Shown here: positions 36,401 through 49,717 of the stretch, in pieces
Position numbering within the stretch: position 1 is the first letter of the stretch
How the letters are laid out: each line of letters starts with the position of its first letter
Source: Octopus sinensis
Taxonomy: Eukaryota
Reading direction: 5' to 3'
Length of the DNA stretch: 64,000 bases
Assembly (NCBI RefSeq): GCF_006345805.1
Contig: NC_043020.1
Location: 16,306,001 to 16,370,000 of the forward strand
Translations under genes and position numbers: made by a program
Notes under the pieces: model-generated
The model's database searches: none
Told to the model about the DNA's origin: nothing
What the model saw: only the letters and a program-made list of their open reading frames with translations

Positions 36401-37292
36401 TTTCTATTATTTCTTTTCCCTAACCTCTTTATCCTTCTTTCCTCTCACACTCCTCTATAATTTCATGGGAACTTTGTTAAACTACAGTTCTCTTTAAGTT
36501 ATTCTCCTTAAATTATAATTTATTGATTTGCCATTGATTAAAAGTTAATATTCTATTAGTTCTGTACTAATCAATCAAAGCACTTTTATTAAGATTAATT
36601 AATTAAGAAAGTGAATGAGTAACTCTGGATTTTATTAACCAGGCCAATCCTATATGGTGATTCTTCAAAACTAATGTAAATAGCTTTTTTATGATCAGCA
36701 GCTATTCTTTGAACATGCTTTGATAAGGTCAAATGGCATGCTTGGTGCTTGCCATCCACCAGGACACAAATATGTTCTGCCGCTACTAGCATTAATGAAT
36801 AAGGTTGCTACGTACATACACACCAATCCTCCCATTTACATACCCACATATAGTATATATATATATATATCATACATCCACACATACATACACATCCACT
36901 CACAAGGCTTTGGTCGACCCAAGGCTATAGTAGAAGACACTTGCCCAAGGTGCCACGCAGTGGAACTGAACCTGGAACCATGTGGTTCATAAGCATGCTA
37001 CTTACCACACAGCCACCCCTAAAAAAAAAGCATGAAAATAAGTACAATGTGAAGGAATGAACAATGTCAGTAGTATCATTAAAACATAGGGAGGTATCTA
37101 TTTGGACAATTAGGAATTAAGGCGGTTGGAGTCGGGGGTAAGGTCCAAAAGCTTTATGAAATACAAGTTTGAAATTAGTAGACAATGAAGGGAATTAATT
37201 CCATAGAAAAAGAAATAGGGAGGGTGATAAAGATGATAAAGTTAAGGGGAGGTAATGACTAGGGAAGTGACCTCAACTGGGAGATTATAATA

Positions 37293-37523
37293 TATTTCTT
37301 TACTACCCACAAGGGGCTAAACATAGAGGAGACAAACAAGGACAGACAGACGGATTAAGTCGATTACATCGACTCCAGTGCGTAACTGATACTTATTTTA
37401 TTGACCCCGAAAGGATGAAAGGCAAAGTCGACCTCGGTGGAATTTGAACCCAGAACGTAATGGCAGACGAAATACGGCTATGCATTTCGCTCGGCGTGCT
37501 AGCGTTTCTGCCAGTTCGCAGCC
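37293..37523 (-). mobile_element. SINE D, full length
   Basis: 13-bp TSD GGAGATTATAATA on both sides. Confidence 0.9.
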
Positions 37524-37783
37524 TGGAGATTATAATAGGAAGTCTAATTTCTGAACTAACATCCACACTACCTAAGCAGTGAGCTGACTAGACAATCAAA
37601 CAGTCAATTGACTAAACATTCCCTAATTTATTCAGCCTAGTGGTCATATGACAAAGTAGAAGTACAAATCCCTAAATTAATTATATGGTTACAATTTAAT
37701 TACTTGCTAATTATTATTATTATTTTTACAGATGAGGCTCATATTACAGTTTGCTCAATCATACTTAATATATATTTCTATTC

Positions 37784-37831
<48 letters not shown>

Positions 37832-38851
37832 CATTATATCAACCTATGCTTGGGTGCATACATATGGGAGCTTCCACAATTGCACTTCCTTGCATGTATT
37901 AATACACCTAACAACAGTAATAGTTCATAGAAAAACACTAACTGCAATACAAAGTACAGGTAAATACGAACTAAAAGAGGTGTGAAGTTAATATTGAAGT
38001 GTTAAAAAAATTTTGTATATGGGGAGGAGGGTATTAAAATGAGTAAATCTAATAGAGGGTCTTTAATAAATAGAGGTAGTCCCATGCTGACTGAAATTAA
38101 GTTCAGAATGAAATTAAGTTAAGTGAAACAAGTTATTATATAGTATAGAAAAGTAAAGTTAGTTGCAAATAAAGCCAAAATAATTCATTGCTAAGGTCGC
38201 AGGCCAAGGTTCCATCTGGGTGGGGAGTAATGTAAGGGGAATGGATATTTGTGCTCTCTATAGTCTAAATTAAGTTAAGAGTTAATAGAACTGGTATTAT
38301 ATGGTTAAAAAGCAGGGTGAGAAGGTTATATTGAGGAGTAGTAAATTGATATGATATTATATAATTTAGTTATGTGTGGATGGTGAAATTTTAAACTCAG
38401 ATAGGTTTAGTGTAGGGATATTAATACTGATTACCTATAAGAGGCTTAGGTGTGTAAGTCTATTAAACTAACTTTAAATGGAATGTAATACATGCCACCA
38501 TTTAGTATCGAACTTTGCTATTTCTATGGTGAAGAACTCTGAGTGCTATTAGTGGAGATAATGCAAAAAAGGGTCCCTAATATTATTTATATCTAGAGAA
38601 GGTAAATTTACCTTTGTGCAGGCAAACTATATTTCTCTCTTCCCTCAAGTTAAGTAATGGGAGTCGGGCCTCTAATATGAAAAATTTTTCATTCATGTAC
38701 AAATGGTATTTCTTATTTTTCACATTGTACAAAGATGTGGAGATGAGGAATTTCCATAAGCCAAATAGCATGATTTATGCATATTCAGCCTTTCCTTTTC
38801 TTCTCTAGGCTCCCCTTTTCTTTTCTTTTCTTTCATGTATGTATTTTTCTT

Positions 38852-38968
38852 CACTCTGATGAAGCTCCATGTTCCAGATTGGATTTATTACCAAATATGA
38901 TGAATATTATTTTTACAATATCAGTTGCAATACCATATAACATTGGAAGCAGAAACAGCTGTTAGATG
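38852..38968 (+). ncRNA. Type I hammerhead motif with long helix II insertion
   Basis: CACT-CTGATGA-A-GCTCCATGTT...AACATTGGAAGC-A-GAAA-C-AGCT-GT-T-AGATG; palindromic helix III ACAGCTGT; helix I disrupted by an apparent 1-nt deletion. Confidence 0.65.
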
Positions 38969-39059
38969 GGATGCAGTCTATTTGTATTAAATTAAAAATA
39001 ATAATTGATGTAAGTCAATTGTTGTTGATCAATATTTCTCCATTTTCTGTTTACTTTAG

Positions 39060-39096
<37 letters not shown>

Positions 39097-39097
39097 G

Positions 39098-39128
<31 letters not shown>

Positions 39129-39204
39129 TGTGTGTGTGTGAAATTTGGTGTAGTGTGTGAGAGAGAAGACTGCACTGATTTGGTCCTGCGAAGCAGATAG
39201 ATGT

Positions 39205-39680
39205 CAACAGCTCCTTAAAGAAGTGCTACTTACTCAAAGTGGATAGAATTCATGGAAGCTGGAGACCAAGAAAGACATGTCACAAAGTACTGAAGGACAA
39301 CTTAAAGATATTTAATTAACAAGGAGAACACAAAGAACTCAGATATCTGGTGCCTTGCTGTACTCAAGAAGACTTGTCCTCCACAGCAGAAGTGTTAAGG
39401 TCTCTCCTCCTGATGAAGAAGATTGTCCTGCAAGAGCCTTGTACTGGTGCCATGTAAAAGCACTTGTACTGCCACCATATAAAAGCACTCGAACCAGTGC
39501 CACATCAAAAGCACCCAACGCACACTGTAAAGTGGTTGGCATTAGGAAGGGCACCCAGCCATAGAAACCAAGCTAAATCAGACTGGAACCTGGTGTGGCT
39601 CTCCTGCTTGCCAGCTCTGGTCAAACTATCCTGCAGTCTGCACGAAAAACAGATGTTAAAGAATGATGATGATGATATGT
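39205..39680 (+). mobile_element. Degenerate RTE-like ORF end followed by family B tail
   Basis: Stop-riddled C-terminal-like reading (..LKKT-like end) then the family B core and (GAT)n. Confidence 0.5.
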
Positions 39681-39691
39681 GTATATATATA

Positions 39692-39731
<40 letters not shown>

Positions 39732-40202
39732 CATATAAATATATATATATATATACACACATATATATCTACATATATATATACATACATACATATATAT
39801 ATACATATATATATGTATATATATGTCCGTGTGTGTGTGTGCATACATCAATTTGATTTGTTCTCAGTTGAACGACACCTGTTGTTATATCCTTGTTATT
39901 AGTATTTTTAACTGTGTACCATGTTCCCCGTTTTTTGTCTTTGTTACTGTACACATTCACTAGCTTTCTTACAAAAAAAAATCTAATGCTCTTAGCTTAG
40001 ACTGTTTTGGGGGCAACCAGATCGAATTATCTCAAGTGTAACTGCCCGAAACAGTAAGGACTTCTGGTAACTTGACTGAGAAAAGAAAGCCATGAATGAC
40101 CCGTCTTTTTTTGCCTGTCCTTCTAATTGTTGTTTCTCCAGTCTGCCCTTGTATCATCTATCTGTCCGAAAGTTTTATTGTCCTTTATTGCATTTTTGTT
40201 CC

Positions 40203-40268
<66 letters not shown>

Positions 40269-40665
40269 GTGTGTGTATGTATGTATGTATGTATGTATGT
40301 ATGTATGTATGTATGTATGTATGTATGTATGAATGTATGTATATATTTCAATACAGAGCAAATAATTGAGGAGAAAGTATTTGCAAAGATATCATTGACT
40401 CTATTATTATCTGGTGTAACAATTTGAAACTGATAATAACAGAATCAATTATATAGGTGATTGCAGACCCCAAAAAAGCATTGAATAACTGAAAGATTAA
40501 AACTAATCAAAGGGCATACTAAGTATGCCTACCTGCTGGAAATAACAGTCAAAACTCTTATTTAAATTGCCAAAATACACTGATAATAACTACAGAAATC
40601 AATCGTCCAAAAGCAAACAGGCTAAGACAATTTCTCAGTATACATTCAAGTATTGGGACTCACAC

Positions 40666-40715
<50 letters not shown>

Positions 40716-41924
40716 ATAATATATATACACATATATATATGTGCACTCTTGACCTTTCTGTCCCCTCCTTTTCTCAGCCTTCATTCTTTCTGGTTTCCTT
40801 TACTTCTACCTTACTGTCTCTCCCTCTCTCTCTTTCTCATTCTTCTTCTGGTTTCCTCACAACCATTCCCTTTTTTCTCTCCCTTTCTCTTGCTCCTCCT
40901 CCTCCCTCCCGTCGTTGACCCACGACGAGAGCTCTGCTACTACCTTTCTGGCCTGGTGTCCTTGAAGTGTAGACAGCATTTTCTGTTGCTCCTTCGCCGT
41001 TCCCAAAAATAGCATTCATAATACTTTATCTCATTCGACTTAACAGCCCTTCTTGTCTTGTTATTCTCTTTGTCCTGTCTTTTACTGTTTATATTTTGTA
41101 CTGTCGTTACTGTCCTGTTTTTGTTACCATTTTTACCCCTCCGCAAAAAGATCTCAAATTTTATTTAATTTGCTTTTCGCGGGAAGAAAAGTTTCTATCG
41201 AAGATGCGTATTGCATTTACCTTCAAAATGCAGAGTAGATGAAACAATGGCGACTGAAGATGGGGAATTTTCCTTGTGTTATTTGTCCTGTACTCTATTT
41301 TTTCGTTGTTTAAGAAAAATGTCCAGTTCCTTGGTTTTGTGTTTATGTTTTCATTTCTCATTGTGTTTGACGTTTTTTTTTTGGTGTCCTGTACCCATAT
41401 ATGCATGTATATATACATATAGAGGTAGGTACGTACATATATGTATGTATATATGCATATGTTTTATTTATTAATTTATTATATATATATATATATATAC
41501 ATACATACATACATGCATACATACATACATACATACATACACACTATACACACATATATGTATGTATGTATGTATGTGTGTGGTAGTGTGTTTATGCTTG
41601 TGTCTCTTTATCTTAGCATCATGTGATATTTGTAAAATGAGCATCACTATCATACTAGCAGTGTCATTCATTCATTTCCAATATTTTGCAAGGGTATGGC
41701 TGACCAGGGGAAATAATACCCAGTTTGAAAACAAGTGAAGGTTGGTGACATGAAGGGCATCCATCATTGAAAATCTGCCCCAGTGATCTCCGTCTAACCC
41801 ATGCAAGCACAGAAATATGAACATTAAGTTAACGGATATGATGATGATGATGATAACTGTATACACATCCACACATACATAAACACATACACATGTATGT
41901 GCGCATGTGTGTTTATATGTATAA

Positions 41925-42311
41925 GTGGAGGCGCAATGGCCCAGTGGTTAGGGCAGCGGACTCGCGGTCGTAGGATCGCGGTTTCGATTCCCAGACCGGG
42001 CGTTGTGAGTGTTTATTGAGCGAAAACACCTAAAAGCTCCACGAGGCTCCGGCAGAGGATGGTGGTGATCCCTGCTGTACTCTTTCACCACAACTTTCTC
42101 TCACTCTTACTTCCTGTTTCTGTCGTACCTGTACTTCAAAGGGCCGGCCTTGTCACTCTCTGTGTCACGCTGAATATCCCCGAGAACTACGTTAAGGGTA
42201 CACGTGTCTGTGGAGTGCTCAGCCACTTACACGTTAATTTCACGAGCAGGCTGTTCCGTTGATCGGATCAACCAGAGCCCTCGTCGTCGTAACCGACGGA
42301 GTGCTTCCATC
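41925..42311 (+). mobile_element. SINE C, full length
   Basis: 10-bp TSD ATATGTATAA (41915-41924, 42312-42321). Confidence 0.92.
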
Positions 42312-43089
42312 ATATGTATAAATGGAAAGAAAGGCCATTCGGTACATTGTATGGAGAATATAACTTATAATGAAATGGCTTATGGTTCAATACAGCATTG
42401 CTTAATCTTTCACACAGAGGTAGAATAGGTCTGTGATCTTTTCAGATGCAGTTTATGAATCACATCTAAAAGATCACAGGCGTACAGTGAGTCTACACTT
42501 GATTATATGCATGCGTGTGTGTATGTGTGTGCATGTGCGTGCATGTGTGTATGTGTGTGTGTGTCTGTGTGTGTGCTTGTGTGTATGTGTGTGTAAGAAA
42601 GAGAGAGAGTGAGAGAGGATATGTGTATGTGTGTGTGTGTGTGTGTGAGTGTGTGTGAGAGAGAGAGAGAGAGAGCTAGAGAATGTGTATGTTTGTGTGT
42701 GTGTGTGTGTGTGTTGTGCATGTAATCAAACACAGATGGAATCTATGCATATAATATATATATTTCCTCCTCTTCTTCTTCTTATGCTAAAACTTGAAAA
42801 TCGCCATTACCATTACGATTCTGCAATTTAAATTCCCAATTCAACTTACTTCTTCTTCAATTTCAACTCCCGATCGATGCCCGCAGCAAGTTCTTAAAAA
42901 AAAATTTATCTTACTATTTTTATCGTTGTTGTTACTACGTTTATTCATACATTGTTACGAAAATTTAACCTTTTAGGCTACTTTCAAGCCTTCGCCATAA
43001 CTGATTTATCTTTCCTATCTCTCTCTCTACAAAATTTAACCTTAGGCTACCTCAAGCGTAATCCCATCTCTTCCCATCTTTCCGCCATT

Positions 43090-43260
43090 GGCGGTGCGCC
43101 CGCCCCCACCCCCACCACCAATACCGATGAACACTTTCTCACCCCCACCACCAATACCGGTGAACACTGTTCTCACCGCCACCACCACCAATACCGGTGA
43201 CACTGCTCTCACCCCCCACCACCAATACCAGTATACCCTGTTCTCACCATCTACACCGGA
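43090..43260 (+). repeat. ~30-bp C-rich minisatellite (CCCCACCACCAATACCGGTGAACACTGTTCTCA-like, about 4 units)
   Basis: Direct inspection. Confidence 0.85.
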
Positions 43261-43461
43261 TACGCCTTACTCATCTACACCTGGTACGCCCTACTCCCCC
43301 CCTCCCCCCACTACCCCTTCTCCTCATATGCTTTCACTGTGAAAAGACAAGCTGCTAGCGCCATAGCTCATCAACTGCCCACCGATCTTACGCTTCCTCC
43401 TGACACTGCCTCATTCCGACCATCCCCTTTAGTACCCTCCCGCCTCGTAATATCCTACGTT

Positions 43462-43827
43462 TTTATTTCTTAGGAACCTACACCAACCCTTCCTGCCATC
43501 GTTCCTCCTTACCCCAACCTTCCCCACTGGTTGCTCCCCTATATTACCCGCCTCAACTGGACCCCCCCCTCCCCAACTCAACTCTAGAATATCTGTATTT
43601 TTTCCTCTTTCCTCTACCTAATTACGTTACTCAGTGACGATAACGAATGTCTTTATTTCTTAGGAACCTACACCAACCCTTTCTGCCATCGTTCCTCCTT
43701 ACCCCAACCTTCCCCACTGGTTGCTCCCCTATATTACCCGCCTCAACTGGACCCCCCCCCTCCCCAACTCAACTCTAGAATATCTGTATTTCTTTTCTCT
43801 ACCTAATTACGTACTCAGTGACGATAA
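43462..43827 (+). repeat. 190-bp tandem duplication
   Basis: TTTATTTCTTAGGAACCTACACC starts at 43462 and 43652; near-identical units. Confidence 0.92.
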
Positions 43828-43959
43828 ATGCTGTGACTACAAAGACCCGGGCTGCTTTCTGCAGCAATTCCACATACCCCCTACCCATTCTAAGTACCCC
43901 GATCCCCAAAGTACCCTGGATCCCCAAAGTACCCCGGACCTCGTTGCCCCCGTGCCGCT

Positions 43960-44201
43960 GACACGTTAAATGCTCGAACCGATCGTGACGATGCCGGACC
44001 CTCCGCCCTGTGCAGGTGGCACGTAAAAAGCACCCAATCCACTCACGGAGTGGTTGGCGTTAGGAAGGGCATCCAGCCGTAGAAACTCTGCCAGATTCAG
44101 ACTGGAGCCTGGTGCGGCCCCTGGCTTCCCAGACCCGGTCAAACCGTCCAACCCGTGCTAGCGCGGAAAGCGGACGTTAAACGATGATGATGATGATGAT
44201 G

Positions 44202-44202
<1 letters not shown>
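43960..44202 (+). mobile_element. Family B fragment, CpG-rich
   Basis: Conserved family B core and (GAT)n tail. Confidence 0.88.
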
Positions 44203-44236
<34 letters not shown>

Positions 44237-44244
44237 ATATATAT

Positions 44245-44457
44245 ACTTTATTTAAAGCAGCAGAAAATTCAACAAAACCTGTTACTCTGAGTTTCCCGTT
44301 GCCGTTCATCAGACAGTTTTTGCTAGAATGGAACCGATATGTGAATTCTATCCAGACTATTACAAACGCTACACCTTCAAAAATGGATTTGTTTGATTGG
44401 CCCTTTAGTATTTGAGTACTCTTTTTTACACCTTCTTTCACATTATGTGTTTACTCC

Positions 44458-44460
<3 letters not shown>
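44245..44460 (-). mobile_element. Solo pLTR-like fragment of the Penelope-like element at 381-2706
   Basis: Aligns with about 2530-2706; bounded by (TA)n on both sides. Confidence 0.85.
44273..44322 (-). ncRNA. Type I minimal hammerhead (second copy of 2629-2678)
   Basis: CAAAAACTGT-CTGATGA-A-CG(GCAA)CG-G-GAAA-C-TCAGA-GT-A-ACAGGTTTTG. Confidence 0.75.
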
Positions 44461-44517
<57 letters not shown>

Positions 44518-45473
44518 GAGAGAGAGAGAGAGAGAGAGAGAGATAATATATGTATTTATACACAGAGTATATTTATACACAGAGTGTCTAAGTAAATAGA
44601 CACCTCTCTTTTATATATATGTGTGTGTATATATATATATATGTACACACACACACACACACACACATACACATATGTATGTATGTATGTGTATATATAC
44701 ATTTATATAAGTATATATCCCTCTCTCTCTCTCGGAGAAGCACAAGCACCTACACGCACATATACACACATAGCAGTAACTTCCGCCTACCAAATTCAAT
44801 ATTATTAACTTACATTTGTCATAATAATGGTAATATATACTAGTGTTGATAGGGATAAATTTCACAATAAATTATTAATTCCCATAAAGTTTATATAGAT
44901 AGGCGGTTTAATTTGACGTTTTTATGAAATAGTCAATGAGGGTTTCTTTATGTTTCGCACTTTCTATATATATATATATATATTGCTATTGTATTTTTAA
45001 GTGTTTAATTTTATTTTACTAAATTTTTATGAATTTTTTAAAATTTTCTAATTTTGAAAATCTTTTAAATTTTGTAAAAATATATTAGGAAGTTATATGT
45101 ATATATTTTTATACATATAAAATCATTAAAGATAATGATTAGGAAAGAGAAAAATTTTAAAGAATGACAAACTTAATGGCACGCTTAATGGCACAAACAG
45201 TTGCCATTTGAAAAGAACAAAACAAAAACAAAGAAAATACAAATTCAAATGACAACAGCAAAAGCATCATCATCAGCAGTAATTCATCTTTTGCAAGCAT
45301 TGCACATCACAAAGAGTAGCATGATATAAATGAACTCCAGCCAAAAGAAAAGTGTGGAAGCTGTTTGTCACAAATGAGAGTGCTTCCTTGCCTGAATGAT
45401 GTGAGTAAGAAATGGCAATGAGGAAAATGTTATTGGTCTTATTTATAAAAAAAAAAATAATTGAAGAAGTTCC

Positions 45474-45877
45474 AGGTGCAGGAGTGGCTGTGTGGTAAGT
45501 AGCTTGCTAACCAACCACATGGTTCCGGGTTCAGTCCCACTGCGTGGCATCTTGGGCAAGTGTCTTCTGCTGTAGCCTTGGGCCGACCAATGCCTTGTGA
45601 GTGGATTTGGTAGACGGAAACTGAAAGAAGCTTGTCATATATATGTATATATATATGCGTGTGTGTGTTTGTGTGTCTGTGTTTGTTCCCCCTAACATTG
45701 CTTGACAACCGATGCTGGTGTGTTTACGTCCCCGTCACTTAGCGGTCTGGCAAAGGAGACCGATGGAATAAGTACTGGGCTTACAAAGAATAAGTCCTGG
45801 AGTCGATTTGCTCGACTAAAGGCGGTGCTCCAGCATGGCCGCAGTCAAATGACTGAAACAAGTAAAAGAGTAAAGAG
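45474..45877 (+). mobile_element. SINE A, full length
   Basis: 15-bp TSD AATT(G/A)AAGAAGTTCC; (GTAAAAGA)n-like tail. Confidence 0.92.
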
Positions 45878-46159
45878 AATTAAAGAAGTTCCTATATGTC
45901 CTTGAAAGAAGAGTTAAAGGGTGCCTGGACCAATATGTAGTCCCTCAAAAGGAGCAGTCTGTATGAGGGTGCATGCCTATTTTTTAAATCTGTTAATGAG
46001 ATGAGAAGGTATGCAGAGCTTGTTCACTTCACATTTGCTCATAGGATAGTACTGCAAAACAACTGCAGGGGAAATACAGGGGACACGACCAGAGACCTAG
46101 GTGCCAGAGACCAGAGACCTTGCCTTTTAGTTACCTTGTGACATACTGGTAAGGCAAAC

Positions 46160-46323
46160 GTTGTGAGTTCAAATTCCGCCGAGGTCGACTTTGCCTTTCA
46201 TCCTTTCGGGGTCGATAAATTAAGTACCAGTTAGGCACTGGGGTCGATGTAATCGACTTAATACCTATGTCTGTCCTTGTTTGTCCCCTCTGTGTTTAGC
46301 CCCTTGTGGGTAATAAAGAAATA
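46160..46323 (+). mobile_element. 5'-truncated SINE D
   Basis: 12-bp TSD GGTAAGGCAAAC. Confidence 0.88.
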
Positions 46324-46854
46324 GGTAAGGCAAACCATAAATTCAGGTGTGACTTGCAACAACATATGATCAGGTAAAGTCTGCATGAATTCACTTCCTA
46401 ATAACCCCTGAAGATGCCAAGTCTACCTCCATAGTGGAAGAAGGGAGGAAATCAGTCAGATTAGCAGTGCAGAACAGAGATCCCTCTAGCTACACGTGTG
46501 GGAATCTGACATATTGCTCAAATAGGGGAAAGCAAGGAAACAGAGATGAATGGTTGTAAACTGTAGTAAATGACTACGACTAATAATGTCATCACTGTTG
46601 CCATTACACCACTTGTCATAGCTCTGAGTATAGCTAGAACTGAAGCAAACAACTGCTTCATCTGCAGTACTGTTAGTGCTAGGGTTAATAAAATAGTGTT
46701 CCAGGAAATCAAGGGATCCCTTCTACCATTACAGAGTCAGCCAGAAGCTACAACAGTTCAACACATTATGTGATGGTGTGTGGAGCGATAGGGAATCTTA
46801 CAAAAGCTGGATATGTGCTGGGGTTAGTAAAACAAGAGCAAAAAAGCAGGAAGT

Positions 46855-47085
46855 CCCTCATGAAAAGGTAACTGAGAAAAAGTACCCTCAGGTAAAGGTA
46901 CCCTCATGAAAAGATACGAATGAAAAAGTACCCTCATAAAAAAGGTACCCTCATGAAAAGGAACCCTCAGGGAAAAGTGCCTATGAAAAGGTACCCTCAG
47001 AGAAAGGTACCTATGAAAAGTTGCCCTCAGGAAAAGGTAGCTTCAGAAAAGGTATCCTCATGGAAAGGCACCCGCAGGAAAAGGG
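46855..47085 (+). repeat. Degenerate ~15-16-bp minisatellite (GAAAAGGTACCCTCA)
   Basis: About 14 imperfect units seen directly. Confidence 0.85.
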
Positions 47086-47139
47086 GGTTGGTAAGCAAGC
47101 TACTTACCACACAGCACACTCCTGTGCCTATTATTATTA

Positions 47140-47191
<52 letters not shown>

Positions 47192-47216
47192 TATTATTAT
47201 TATCATTATTATTATA

Positions 47217-47773
47217 GAGTGAGAGAGCAGTTCATGCTATCAAAGTGACACTGGGGTAAAATATACGAAGCCCAATATACCCATCATGACTACCCGTCTG
47301 ACAAGGGTACACTAGGCACATGCATCACGAACATATGTGCGCGACATGGTGATCTCATATCAAGATAAACAGCGCATGACCTTGCAAGTGGGGCCCAGTT
47401 AGAATTTTCTTCTGGTCAAGTAACCCATCCTGCTCAGAAGGTCCCTGAATAAGAGTTGTTTAAGGATGTTGAACAAAACACCCATGCTTCCAAAGTTGAA
47501 TTATCCAAACCCCAAAGAATCCCTCTCAACATATGGCTATGATGCTCCCCCACTACTTCTGCTTGTGATCAGAGATGCAGATATCTTCAACCACTAAGTA
47601 ACATGCTCAACTGGTTATGGTCAAACAACTGACAATCAAATCTGTGGTATTGAGCAAAATATTTGCCATGGCCCATCTTTTATACCAAGACAAAACAATG
47701 TACATGATAACATTTCCAATCAGTTAAGATCAGAAGCCGTGAGAGCCACTGGCTGGTACTGCATCAGGGCATT
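47217..47773 (-). mobile_element. Family E ~555-bp element in (ATT)n
   Basis: Same ends as 50319-50875; (ATT)n on both flanks; strand assumed. Confidence 0.85.
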
Positions 47774-47831
47774 TTATTATTATTATCATCATCATTATTA
47801 TTATTATCATCATCATCATCATCATCATAAA

Positions 47832-47892
<61 letters not shown>

Positions 47893-47959
47893 GTCATCGT
47901 CATCATCATCGTCATCATCATCATCATCATCATCATCATTATTATTATTATCATCATTA

Positions 47960-48005
<46 letters not shown>

Positions 48006-48969
48006 ATTATTATTATTATTATTATTATTATGCAAGGTTATCTGGCTGAATGCTTAGTGGCATTTCATCCAGCTTTATGTTCTGAGTTCAAATTCCACTG
48101 AGGCCAACTTTAATTGTCATCCTTTTGCTTTTGATGAAATAAGTACCAGTTGAGCACTGGAGGGGGCCAATGTAGTCAACCTGCCCCTACTCCTCAAAAT
48201 TTCAAGCCCTGTTCCTATCGAAGAAAGAATTATTATTACTATTATTATGTGAATATGGGTTTTTTTTTCACTCCGGCTTTGCAATATCATTTTAAGCATT
48301 ACCGAATAAAAGTTTTCATTGGAGTACATGTAAAAAGAACTATAATTGTCGATAATTGAAGGGCTGCCCTTGATATCTGCAAGCAGACAATAGAAAGAGA
48401 GGTATGATTCATAAACTTTTCAAATTTTATTCCTACGCATTACATTTTCTCATCCAAAATGGCTACCACACATAATTATGCAACAAGACCAACAGTACAA
48501 TGGCATCAAAAAAAGAAAAAACGAAACACAAATCTAAAACACAATTAAAATGTACAAGAAGAATAAAATAAGCAACAGTTTCATAAACATGGAAGAAAAT
48601 GTTCCAAATACTCAAATAAGCTTATCTTGAAGACAGCAGCAGTAATAATAACAACAATAGCAGTAGTGATTCTTACATGAAGTCAAATACTGCAGCTCAT
48701 TCATATTACAGTTGTGTGAAGGCTAAATTTCCTTCAATACAAAATGAACTAATGGAATTTTTAGAGCTATCACATTTATGAGAAAAATGTGTAGGTGGGG
48801 GAATTTTATAAAAATGAATAGCATTCCTTTGCTAGAAGAGATAATCCAGAAGATGCCATAGAGAAAAACTATATATCTTTGTTGACAAAAAAAGATGGAA
48901 TCAGATTAAATTTTTCCTCACTTCAAGTAGGACCACAGGTTCCCCAGGACACATCCAGAGATATTTTCT

Positions 48970-49387
48970 TATTTCTTTATTGCCCACAAGGAGCAAAACA
49001 TAGAGGGGACAAACAAGGACAGACAAAGGGGTTAAGTCGATTACATCGACCCCAGTGCGTACCTGGTACTTTATTTATCATCCCAGAAAGGATGAAAGGC
49101 AAAGTCAACCTTGGCGGAATTTGAACTAAGAACATAACGGCAGACGAAATACCTATTTCTTTATTACCCACAAGGGGCTAAACACAGAGAGGACAAACAA
49201 GGACAGACAAATGGATTAAGTCGATTATATCGACCCCAGTGTGTAACTGGTACTTATTTAATCGACCCTGAAAGGATGAAAGGCCAAGACAACCTCGGCG
49301 GAATTTGAACTAAGAACGTAACGGCAGACGAAATACCCCTAAGCAGTTCACCCAGCATGCTAATGTTTCTGCCAGCTCACCGCCGTA
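48970..49387 (-). mobile_element. Dimeric SINE D inserted as one unit
   Basis: Full monomer plus 5'-truncated monomer; 15-bp TSD CCAGAGATATTTTCT (48955-48969, 49388-49402). Confidence 0.88.
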
Positions 49388-49717
49388 CCAGAGATATTTT
49401 CTGTCCTGAAAAGGTAAAAAGCATGGTACTGAATGCAGTACCTTTCGAACGGAAAACACAGCCAAAACACAAGCTGAACCTGTTACACATATGCCTCACT
49501 ATAAGTTTGTGATTCAGAGTGACAATAAGAAACATCAAAAATGATGGAGATTTTTGACTAGGGGTTGTATTTGTATCAGAGAATGGTCAACGCAGGGTTT
49601 ATGAAAGGTGACTTATGATCAGTGAGCATCAAAAAGGATTTACAAATCCTAATAATATCCTAAGGCCACAGAGCCATACCAGAACTGTGCCTCATAAAAG
49701 GCACCAGGACAAAGTGC

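Noticed and set aside
39995-40075. GGGCA...TGCCC-GAAAC-A-GT-A
   Set aside because: Hammerhead 3' half only; no CUGANGA or helix I.
46518-46773. Hydrophobic short ORFs on both strands suggesting a membrane-protein exon
   Set aside because: No recognisable homology, bounded by stops, no convincing splice sites.
48361-48409. Possible 40-nt exon ending at GAG|GTATGA
   Set aside because: Weak acceptor and no partner exons; needs RNA-seq.
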